The notes beneath the pieces were generated by a model. The model was given only the letters and a program-made list of their open reading frames with translations, did not search any database and had not been told where the DNA came from. DNA of 46,760 nucleotides, taken from the IMG/VR virus record IMGVR_UViG_3300025782_000022. The stretch is one strand, 5' to 3'. Origin of the DNA: a virus. The translations under genes and the position numbers were made by a program. This document shows, one piece after another, positions 9,801 to 17,291 of this stretch. Within the stretch, counting starts at the first letter, position 1. Each line of letters begins with the position of its first letter.

Positions 9801-11416
9801 CTTCTGGTACATCGTTTAACGGCGCAACCGCAACAACTGTTTCATATAACACGATTGGCGCAAGCCCATTAGCAGGTAGCACAAGCCTAACAACCCTGGG
9901 AACGATTGCAACAGGCACTTGGAATGGCACAACCATCGGCATCGGTTATGGTGGCACAGGATTGTCCTCAACGCCTACAAACGGACAATTATTGATTGGA
10001 AATGGAAGCGGGTATTCTCTTTCGACCATTACTGCGGGAACTGGTATTTCTGTTACCAATTCATCTGGCGGTATTACGATTGCGGTTAATGGTACTGGCG
10101 AAGTTACAAGTTTCCAAACTTCTTTGTCAGGATTAACACCAAGTACGGCTACTGGCGGTGCGGTGACTTTGGCGGGTACTTTAGGGATTGCTTCTGGCGG
10201 TACAGGTTTAACTTCATTTGGAACTGGCGTTGCAACTGCTTTAGGAAATAATACTAATAGCGCAAGCGGGTTTGCGGTTTTTGATGCCAATAAAAACTTA
10301 ACAGTTAATTGTTTATTTGAAGGTTTTACATCTCAGGCGGCAAGTGGAACGCAAATAACATTGGTTGCAAGTTCCGTACAAAACTGGTTGATTACTGGTT
10401 CTGGCGGTCAAACTATTCAAGTACCAGATGCAACAACCTTGCCAAATGGCGCATTGTTTACTTTTAACAATAATCAAAGTTCAGGAACGATTGTTGTCAA
10501 AAATAATTCAGGAACTACGATTTGCACAATTCAATCGGGTGGCTATATTGAAGTTATTCTTCAAAATAATTCAATTGCGGCGGGAACTTGGGATTACCAC
10601 AACTTAGTACCTGCAAACGCTTCCTGGTCAGCAAATACACTATCTTGGGTGGGTTCATATACTGGTGGCACTTGGAACGGTAATGCGGTCGGTATTTTAT
10701 ACGGCGGTACAGGCGCAACAACGGCAAGCGGTGCTTTGTCCAACCTTGGCGGTGCGCCATTAGCTTCGCCTACATTCACAGGCACAGTAACGCTTCCAAC
10801 TGGCACAACAAGCGCAGAACCCTTGCTTTTTGTGGCAGGAAGTAACCTTACTTCGCCAGTACAGGGGGCGCAAGAATATGACGGTAATTCGCTTTATATT
10901 ACTGGCAATACTTCTACTGGTAGCGGTCGGCAACTTATCCAAGCCTCACAAATTGCACAGTTGGCAACTTCAGCTTCCGTCAGTTCAGGCGGTCAATTCT
11001 TTACAAGTACGGTCAGACCTGAATTAATTTCAGGTCATTTTTACAAAATTGAATACAATTTAATTTTCACTTCGTATAGTTCTGCTCAAACGGTATTGTT
11101 TGGCTTTACCAATTCAGCATCGGCAAACTTTACAACCCTAAACGCAAACTATACTTTGATTCAGCAAGGATACGGAACGACTGCGGTAAGTAATATTTAT
11201 GCAAGCGGTGCGACAACCACAACTTCTCAAGCAAGCCAACCATTACAAATTTCAACAGGTTATGTGGTCAGGCTTGAAGGTTATGTCATACCATCGGCAA
11301 ATATGCGTTTACAGTTAATCGTGACCACAAGCACAGGAACTATTACTTCTCAATTGGGTAGTAATTTTGTCATCACAGACCTTGGAAACCAAAATACAAT
11401 CGGCAACATAGGATAA
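6857..11416 (+). CDS. Large tail fibre protein (1519 aa) built from repeated modules of about 95-155 aa
   Basis: N-terminal anchor domain shared with 5343..6569. It has at least 5 modules of the type [12 protein letters not shown](Y/F)NGS..VT..I.N..V.AGSYGS....TVN.QGQ(L/I)T plus SI(A/S)P(S/A)[18 protein letters not shown]..VSLGG, and three GGTG motifs. Confidence 0.85.
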   Translation: [1519 protein letters not shown]

Positions 11417-11422
11417 CCAAAA

Positions 11423-13252
11423 ATGAGCAGTATTACATTTGTAGATTACCAAACCATCATACCTGCATCATGGTTAAATGATGTAAATAACATGGTGTAT
11501 AACGGCGTTGTCCCTGCGACAACCCTATCGCCAACGAATTTATCCGTCAGTACAAATGCGAGTATTGCGAACATTACCAATAACGTAGTGTTTACTTCTA
11601 CTGGCGCAATTACTTTGCCAAATGGTACAACTGCGCAAGAACCTGGTACGCCAAGTGCAGGTATGATTCGTTTTAATTCAACAAAAACCCAATTTGAAGG
11701 ATACAACGGTTCAGCTTGGTCTTCTTTTGGAATTGTTGGTGGTTCAAACGCACAAGTTCAATACAACAGTTCTGGTGCATTAGCAGGTTCTTCAAATTTA
11801 ACATTTGATGGAACAACTCTAACGGTAAATGGTTTAATTACAGGTTCAGCTTTTAGCACTTACTTAGCAAGCCCTCCTGCGATTGGTGGAACAACGGCTT
11901 CTTCAGGTAAATTCACAACTTTGACAAGCACAAGCGATGCTACGCTACACGGACTAACAGTAGGTTTAGGTGGGGGTTCTGTTGCAAGTAATACCGCTTT
12001 AGGAGTTAATGCTTTAATTAATTCAACTAATAGCAGTTATGGAGTTACAGGATTTGGCTATTCTGCTTTAAATTCTAATACTTCGGGTAATTCTATTGTT
12101 GCTGTTGGCGCAAATGCGCTTTTGTCAAATACAACTGGTTCATCTTCCGTTGCGGTAGGGCATGAGGCTTTAAAACTAAACACCACAGCATCTAACAATA
12201 CAGCAGTAGGGTATCAAGCAGGGTATACAAACACTACGGGAGAAAGAAACGTAGCCGTTGGAGGAGGTGCTTTATATACAAACTCTACTGGGGTTCGTAA
12301 CGTAGCAGTTGGATTTAATTCGTTAAATCAAAATACTGCTTCATACAATACCGCAGTTGGAGAAGATTCTTTATCTAATAATTCAAGTGGTACTTATAAT
12401 ACAGCCATGGGTTATTTGGCCCTTTACTCCAACACCACAGCATCTAACAACACCGCTGTGGGGTATCAAGCCTTAAATGCTAATACAGCATCTAACAATA
12501 CAGCCGTTGGGTATCAGTCACTTAGTGCAATAACTAGCGGGACTTATAATACGGCAATAGGATTTGAAGCGGGTAACACACCAAGCACAGCTAGTTATAA
12601 CACTTTTGTTGGCTCTAGAATTACACAAGGTGCTGGTTCTGCGTTAACAGGAGGCAATAATACTTGTGTTGGAGATTATTCAGGATATTCTTTGGCTGGA
12701 TCTGCTACCTATAATACTCTTTTAGGTCAATCAGCTGGTTCTAATATCACTACAGGATCTAACAATACTTTAGTTGGTTATAATTCGCTACCATCATCCG
12801 CAACAGATACTTATGAAATTGTTATTGTTGCAAGTAATGGTGGAGGTACAGGAAAAGGTAGTTCTACAGGATTTATTTCTCCTAATGGTGGAAATATGTA
12901 TCAAGGTAGCAACACCACATTATGGTCTGTTTCTTCTGATGAACGATTAAAGAAAAATATTGTTGATAACACTGTTGGTTTAACTGCTATCAACGGCATT
13001 AAAGTCCGTAACTTTGAATATCGTTTGCCTGATGAAATTACAGATTTAGACAAGTCAAATGCTGTAGAAATTACAGGAACACAACTTGGTGTTATCGCTC
13101 AAGAACTTCAGCAAGTGTTACCTGATTGTGTAAAAACAGAATCTACTGGCGTTTTGTCCGTAGATTCTAGTGATGTTCTATGGCATCTTGTTACGGCAGT
13201 TCAGCAACTCAGCGCACAAGTTACTGCATTACAAGCTAAGGTGGGCGCATGA
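11423..13252 (+). CDS. Tail fibre/spike with C-terminal S74-type intramolecular chaperone domain
   Basis: NTAVGYQAL-type beta-helix repeats, then SSDERLKKNI...INGIKVRNFEY...LGVIAQELQQVLPDCV, the hallmark of the peptidase S74 auto-cleaving chaperone. Confidence 0.8.
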   Translation: MSSITFVDYQTIIPASWLNDVNNMVYNGVVPATTLSPTNLSVSTNASIANITNNVVFTSTGAITLPNGTTAQEPGTPSAGMIRFNSTKTQFEGYNGSAWSSFGIVGGSNAQVQYNSSGALAGSSNLTFDGTTLTVNGLITGSAFSTYLASPPAIGGTTASSGKFTTLTSTSDATLHGLTVGLGGGSVASNTALGVNALINSTNSSYGVTGFGYSALNSNTSGNSIVAVGANALLSNTTGSSSVAVGHEALKLNTTASNNTAVGYQAGYTNTTGERNVAVGGGALYTNSTGVRNVAVGFNSLNQNTASYNTAVGEDSLSNNSSGTYNTAMGYLALYSNTTASNNTAVGYQALNANTASNNTAVGYQSLSAITSGTYNTAIGFEAGNTPSTASYNTFVGSRITQGAGSALTGGNNTCVGDYSGYSLAGSATYNTLLGQSAGSNITTGSNNTLVGYNSLPSSATDTYEIVIVASNGGGTGKGSSTGFISPNGGNMYQGSNTTLWSVSSDERLKKNIVDNTVGLTAINGIKVRNFEYRLPDEITDLDKSNAVEITGTQLGVIAQELQQVLPDCVKTESTGVLSVDSSDVLWHLVTAVQQLSAQVTALQAKVGA

Positions 13253-13434
13253 ACACACTTATCACAACCTTAAAATCAAAGCAGGTTATTTGGGCAATCG
13301 TTATTGCCATACTCTCAGTATTGCAGGGCTTCGTCATGGAGCTATCCCTAACTCCTATCCATCAAATGATAGTGGGTTGTATAATTTCTGTGGTCGTAGT
13401 GTTACTGCGATTTATTGAAACACCAAGTTCATAA
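13249..13434 (+). CDS. Small two-TM membrane protein (61 aa; holin-like or fibre-associated)
   Basis: ATGA overlap with the fibre gene. Two hydrophobic helices: VIWAIVIAILSVLQGFV and MIVGCIISVVVVLL. Confidence 0.6.
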   Translation: MNTLITTLKSKQVIWAIVIAILSVLQGFVMELSLTPIHQMIVGCIISVVVVLLRFIETPSS

Positions 13435-13473
13435 TATAATAATCTTGGCAATTTCGCCGTAAATTAGGAAATA

Positions 13474-13695
13474 GTGATGCTAACACCTGACCAAATCTTT
13501 AAAGACCAACCTATTACCGTACCTGCAAGCATGGTTCATGCTATCTGGACTTATATTAGTTCTAAGCCAAGTGCTGAAACCGCATGGTTAGTTGTTCCAT
13601 TTCAACAAATGGTAGGACAACAAATGAAAGCATTGGAAGATGCCGCCAACGCATCAGCACCTGCTGAGACAACAGAAGCCCCAACGGTTCAATAA
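13474..13695 (+). CDS. Hypothetical protein (72-73 aa)
   Basis: SD aggaaa, then GTG 13474 / ATG 13477. TAATG overlap with the next gene. Confidence 0.6.
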   Translation: MMLTPDQIFKDQPITVPASMVHAIWTYISSKPSAETAWLVVPFQQMVGQQMKALEDAANASAPAETTEAPTVQ

Positions 13696-13883
13696 TGGCA
13701 ACCCTCGCAGATGTCAGCAACAAAATAGATACGCACGTTGACGTTTGCGAGATTCGTTATCAGGCTATTGCCGAACAAACCAGAGGCGTAAATGCCAGGT
13801 TAAAACGCCTTGAAGGAATACTTATCGGGGGAGGTGGCGCAATTATTTTGCTTTTGCTTGAGTTGGTATTAAACAAGCATTAG
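13695..13883 (+). CDS. Small tail-anchored membrane protein (62 aa)
   Basis: C-terminal hydrophobic helix ILIGGGGAIILLLLELVL. Translationally coupled. Confidence 0.6.
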   Translation: MATLADVSNKIDTHVDVCEIRYQAIAEQTRGVNARLKRLEGILIGGGGAIILLLLELVLNKH

Positions 13884-13913
13884 GAGAGCATCATCGACCC
13901 TTTTACCCTTGCA

Positions 13914-14387
13914 ATGATGGCTATTGGCGCAGTTAAATCTGGCGTTGCAATGTACAAGGAAGCCAAATCAGTTGGTAAAGAAGCTATTGGGGTTATTACT
14001 GAGATTTCTGAAGGTCTTGGTTCTTTTTTTGAACACCAAGAAAAAGCGATTGAATATGCTAAAGAAGCTGAAAAAAACCCGCCTAAAGGGAAAAGCCTAC
14101 AAGCTATTGCTCTTGATAACGTCCTCAGAAGAAAAAAACTTGAACAAGCCGAAGCAGATTTGCGCACTATGCTTACCTGGGAAGCCCCGCCAGAACTTGG
14201 AGCATTGTGGACAGACTTCCAAGCTGAACGAGCCAAATTAATGGCGGATAAAGATAAGTTTGACAAGGCGCAAAAAAAAAGGATGAACGAGAAAAGATAC
14301 AACTTAAAGCTGATAGAGAAAAATTCCAGTTTAAACTTGCAATCTGTATTGCAGTCTTGGTCTTCTCCCTTACTTGCATTGGATTAA
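13914..14387 (+). CDS. Hypothetical coiled-coil protein as read in frame 0 (157 aa). Probably continues in the -1 frame after the A9 run.
   Basis: ORF track. After the A9 run at 14272-14280 the frame-0 sequence looks poor, whereas the -1 frame looks protein-like (see next feature). Confidence 0.55.
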   Translation: MMAIGAVKSGVAMYKEAKSVGKEAIGVITEISEGLGSFFEHQEKAIEYAKEAEKNPPKGKSLQAIALDNVLRRKKLEQAEADLRTMLTWEAPPELGALWTDFQAERAKLMADKDKFDKAQKKRMNEKRYNLKLIEKNSSLNLQSVLQSWSSPLLALD

Positions 14388-14536
14388 TGTATTACATCCG
14401 AATGGATTATTTGGAAAGTTTGAAAGGTGATCGAGGACACATTGAATTCAAAAAGAAATTTCACGATAATTCGGTTGAAATTGAATGTTTAAAGATTTTC
14501 CAGGAAACTGGATATTTGCCTAAATACTGCCCATGA
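14273..14536 (+). CDS. -1-frame continuation after the A9 run, encoding a coiled-coil plus TM helix. The alternative is a separate 49-aa ORF at 14387..14536.
   Basis: Hand translation gives KKKDEREKIQLKADREKFQFKLAICIAVLVFSLTCIGLMYYIRMDYLESLKGDRGHIEFKKKFHDNSVEIECLKIFQETGYLPKYCP*. It ends in an ATGA overlap with the 14533 gene and fills an otherwise empty 145-bp gap. Confidence 0.5.
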   Translation, partial: KKKDEREKIQLKADREKFQFKLAICIAVLVFSLTCIGLMYYIRMDYLESLKGDRGHIEFKKKFHDNSVEIECLKIFQETGYLPKYCP

Positions 14537-14913
14537 AACACAACGAACATTGGTTTTTTAAGTCTTGGCGACCTTACTTGGCTTGGCAGTATGGGTTTAT
14601 TTGTCTTTGTGATTTTGTACTTTTGCCCTGCCTTTATTTTTGGGTTCAGCAGTTTGAAACCCAAGCGGTTAATGATGCGTACAGGGAATGGAAACCCTTA
14701 ACAACACAAAACGGCGGGTTGTTTCACATGGCGCACATGGCTATTGTTGGCGTATCAGCTTATGGTCGTAGCCAGGAAAAAATTGGAATGATGCCAAGCG
14801 GTATGCCACAAGGCAGAATGACCGAAACTATTACTGAAACCGAAACTATCAAAACTCCCTTGCGTTCCTCAATGGGTGATGGAGCAAGGGCAAAACCCCC
14901 ACAGGATGATTAA
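14533..14913 (+). CDS. Putative holin (3TM / GTA-holin-like)
   Basis: KSWRPYLAWQYGFICLCDFVLLPCLYFWV plus a second hydrophobic segment. It lies immediately upstream of the spanins and endolysin. Confidence 0.55.
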   Translation: MKHNEHWFFKSWRPYLAWQYGFICLCDFVLLPCLYFWVQQFETQAVNDAYREWKPLTTQNGGLFHMAHMAIVGVSAYGRSQEKIGMMPSGMPQGRMTETITETETIKTPLRSSMGDGARAKPPQDD

Positions 14914-15419
14914 TGAAAGCAATTATCGTTGAACTATTACTCCTGATTGTGACTGCACTTGGGTGTACTTTTATTGGACATTATTACGGCGAACAAGACG
15001 TACAAGCCAAATGGGATGCACAAAAAATTGTGGATGCTGAAGCTACTGCCAAGGCAATTAAGGAATCCAATGATAAAGTTCGTGCAATTGAACAGGCGGC
15101 GAATTCAAGGGTTTACCAGGTTTCCGCTAACTATGAAGCTAAATTAAGGAAGAAAGACAATGAAAAAACTACTTTTATTAATAAGTCTCGGACTGACGGC
15201 TTGTGGGTCGATGCCATCTGCCCCAAAGTTTCTTCAAACCAGTTGTCCAATGATTCCTCCCCCTCCGCAAAACCTGATGGTAGCTCAACCGTCAGACTTT
15301 CTAATGAAACTACCATCAACCTTATCAACTACGCCGCCCATGCCAACCAAGTAGCAGAGCAGTTGAGGGGATTGCAAGAATACGTTAAAAAGATTCAGGA
15401 AATGCAAAATGCAAAATAA
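14913..15419 (+). CDS. i-spanin (Rz-like)
   Basis: N-terminal TM helix IIVELLLLIVTALGCTFIG and a charged coiled-coil periplasmic part. It contains an embedded lipoprotein ORF and lies next to the endolysin. Confidence 0.8.
   Translation: MKAIIVELLLLIVTALGCTFIGHYYGEQDVQAKWDAQKIVDAEATAKAIKESNDKVRAIEQAANSRVYQVSANYEAKLRKKDNEKTTFINKSRTDGLWVDAICPKVSSNQLSNDSSPSAKPDGSSTVRLSNETTINLINYAAHANQVAEQLRGLQEYVKKIQEMQNAK
15160..15354 (+). CDS. o-spanin (Rz1-like), fully embedded in the i-spanin gene in another frame
   Basis: MKKLLLLISLGLTAC has a lipobox (LTAC, Cys15). The mature part of about 49 aa is proline-rich (PMIPPPPQ...TPPMPTK). Confidence 0.8.
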   Translation: MKKLLLLISLGLTACGSMPSAPKFLQTSCPMIPPPPQNLMVAQPSDFLMKLPSTLSTTPPMPTK

Positions 15420-15924
15420 CTTTGAATATTGCTTGGATAAACTTCTTGCCCCAAGCAGGGAAGGCGGCTTCGTAAATGACCCACAAGACCCAGGCGGAAT
15501 TACAAATCATGGCGTAACCATGAAAGTTTGGGAAGAATGGGTTGGCAGACCATCAAGCGAGGAAGAAATGCGTAATCTGACGATTGATGATGTTGCGCCC
15601 CTTTACAAAGCCAGATATTGGGACGTTGTAAGCGGTGATGAACTTCCTGGGGGGGTAGATCACGTTGTGTTTGATTGTGCGGTTAACGGTGGCGTTAAAC
15701 GTGCGGGAAAGCTATTACAGGCTTGTATGGGCATGGAGCAGGACGGCGTAATTGGTCAGGAAACCATAATCGGTACTGAACAAGTCGAACCGCAAGATTT
15801 GATTAGTGAATTCTCACAAAGACGTTTGCAGTATTTACAAGCATTACCCACTTTTGGTCATTTTGGCAAAGGTTGGACTAGGCGAGTTAATGAAGTGGAA
15901 GAAGAAGCTAAACAAATAGCATAA
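15409..15924 (+). CDS. Endolysin, GH108-type N-terminal domain plus PG_binding_3-type C-terminal domain
   Basis: EGGFVNDPQDPGGITNHGVT motif, then YWD...LPGGVDHVVFDCAVNGG...DGVIGQET. Confidence 0.85.
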   Translation: MQNNFEYCLDKLLAPSREGGFVNDPQDPGGITNHGVTMKVWEEWVGRPSSEEEMRNLTIDDVAPLYKARYWDVVSGDELPGGVDHVVFDCAVNGGVKRAGKLLQACMGMEQDGVIGQETIIGTEQVEPQDLISEFSQRRLQYLQALPTFGHFGKGWTRRVNEVEEEAKQIA

Positions 15925-16136
15925 TGACGGATTTTTACGATAAAGCATCAGACGTAGAAGCGCAACATCGGGAAGATGCCCTGCAAAATGTATTGCGGCG
16001 CAAAAAACCAGAATTTACTGGCTATTGTTGCGTTTGTAATGATGTTTCAATGCCTAATAGTCGGTTTTGCTCACCAGATTGCAGAGAGCAAGAAGAATTA
16101 ATGGCAAAAATAAAAAGAATTAACGGCAAATTATAA
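15924..16136 (+). CDS. Small C4 zinc-finger protein (TraR/DksA-like, tentative)
   Basis: TAATG coupling. CCVC...CSPDC cysteine pairs follow an acidic/Arg-rich N-terminal helix. Confidence 0.5.
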   Translation: MTDFYDKASDVEAQHREDALQNVLRRKKPEFTGYCCVCNDVSMPNSRFCSPDCREQEELMAKIKRINGKL

Positions 16137-16160
16137 GTATTATTTGCTTTTTACTAAGTA

Positions 16161-16388
16161 TTATCTGACCCGAACGACCTTATTTTTCTTTAATAATGCT
16201 TCGTATTCTTGTTTTCCAAGGTCATCTAACTTGCGCATAGGCAATTCTTGGTAATATTTAAACTTATCCTGGTATTCTTTTAACTCGCTTGGTGCTTGCC
16301 AACCATGTATGATTTTCCATCTTTCGGTAATGCAAGTTCCAACTGGCGTATAGATGTAATCATTTTTTTTAATTGTGACCATCTTCAT
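16161..16388 (-). CDS. Hypothetical protein (about 74-76 aa)
   Basis: The ORF-track ORF 16161..16457 is trimmed to the ATGs that follow SD aggaggg (MKMVTIKKND...). Confidence 0.55.
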   Translation of the reverse strand: MKMVTIKKNDYIYTPVGTCITERWKIIHGWQAPSELKEYQDKFKYYQELPMRKLDDLGKQEYEALLKKNKVVRVR

Positions 16389-16477
16389 CCCTCCTGGTGA
16401 ATTTCTCCAATGATAAGGCAAAAATGGCAACAATCGCCAAAGTGACTGCGCCCCCAAATGCTAAGAATAAAAACAAA

Positions 16478-16753
16478 TCAATTATTTCGTCCATCTAATA
16501 TCTCCGCTAAATCTAAAAGAACCCCTCTGATTTCATCAGGCACAACAATAACTTCCGTTGAGGAAATATTTGACCATCCCGAACTTTGTCCAATATTTGA
16601 TTGGCTTGCTTTTTGGTAATTTGTAATTCTTTTTTTGAGAGTTGTAAGTTCATTAAGTCGATATTTATTCTCTGAATAATATTTGCTTTTAAATTCTCCA
16701 TGAAGTTCTTTTCTTCTATCTTGAATGATTCGTAATACATCATTAATATCCAT
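16478..16753 (-). CDS. Hypothetical protein (91 aa)
   Basis: ORF with its start overlapping the upstream gene stop. Confidence 0.55.
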   Translation of the reverse strand: MDINDVLRIIQDRRKELHGEFKSKYYSENKYRLNELTTLKKRITNYQKASQSNIGQSSGWSNISSTEVIVVPDEIRGVLLDLAEILDGRNN

Positions 16754-17261
16754 TCTTTTCCTTTAATTTAGCTTCTATTGCTTTAGCAAATCCAATCATG
16801 TCTGGAATACTACAATCTTCACTTACCCAAGATTCACTTAATCCTAAAACACCTTTGATTTCATACTCATTTAAACTTATCCATTCTTTAGTTTGTGGTT
16901 TGGTGTAGAGAGGTATTTTTGGCAAATTAACTACTGTTGAAGTTTCCCAAGATGTGTATTTAGCCCATTCAAGTTTGCGTTGTTCAACATTAATATATGC
17001 CACAGGCTCATCTTGCTCTGGAGGCTCCCAAAACTCACATTCACATACATATCTATCTTCACTATGACTAGCATTACGAACAAACCCATGAGGGGCATCT
17101 GGGTGTGTTTTACATTTAGGCTCACCCTGCTCTTGGTTTGATTTTTCTTCAATAACCTTATAGTGACCAACTAAGCACCCTTCAATACCATCAGGACAAG
17201 GTATTCTTTCCGCTTTTTTACCGCCAATCTTATTGTTCCAGTTCATTGCTTCTTTAGTCAT
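16743..17261 (-). CDS. Paralog-array member 4 (172 aa; Cys/His-rich N-terminal part, EQDEPV linker, PLYTKP, C-terminal FAKAIEAKLKEKNGY)
   Basis: Shares linker and C-terminal motifs with 17265..17699 and 17703..17969. Confidence 0.7.
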   Translation of the reverse strand: MTKEAMNWNNKIGGKKAERIPCPDGIEGCLVGHYKVIEEKSNQEQGEPKCKTHPDAPHGFVRNASHSEDRYVCECEFWEPPEQDEPVAYINVEQRKLEWAKYTSWETSTVVNLPKIPLYTKPQTKEWISLNEYEIKGVLGLSESWVSEDCSIPDMIGFAKAIEAKLKEKNGY

Positions 17262-17291
17262 GTGTTACTCCTTTATGCCGTGGGCGGATTC
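17253..17291. repeat. 39-bp gene-junction repeat, copy A
   Basis: tttagtcatgtgttactcctttatgccgtgGgcggattc. Identical to 17691..17729 except for one base. Confidence 0.9.

Noticed and set aside
7714-10806. Multiple antisense ORFs of 60-114 aa inside the 1519-aa fibre gene (for example 7714..7995, 9691..9942, 9946..10290, 10594..10806, all on the - strand)
   Set aside because: They lie entirely within a strongly supported repeat-rich CDS. Their Pro/Val/Ala-rich sequences are the mirror of the Gly/Thr/Asn/Ser-rich sense codons. They have no SD or coupling signals.
7640-12560. Regularly spaced repeats in the fibre genes, considered as a possible CRISPR-like or tandem non-coding array
   Set aside because: The repeats are in-frame protein modules (about 95-155 aa in the 6857 fibre; NTAVGYQAL-type units in the 11423 fibre). 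They show synonymous divergence and there is no spacer/repeat architecture.
13880-14302. A 140-aa minus-strand ORF in the lysis region
   Set aside because: It is antisense to the coupled plus-strand operon. It has a Ser/Ala/Leu-rich low-complexity composition and would be the only minus-strand gene in a 16-kb plus-strand block.
16133-16164. 10-bp direct repeat taagtattat x2 between the convergent lysis and early blocks, considered as a possible att core or terminator
   Set aside because: It is too short and AT-rich to be significant, there is no integrase in the genome, and there is no stem-loop.
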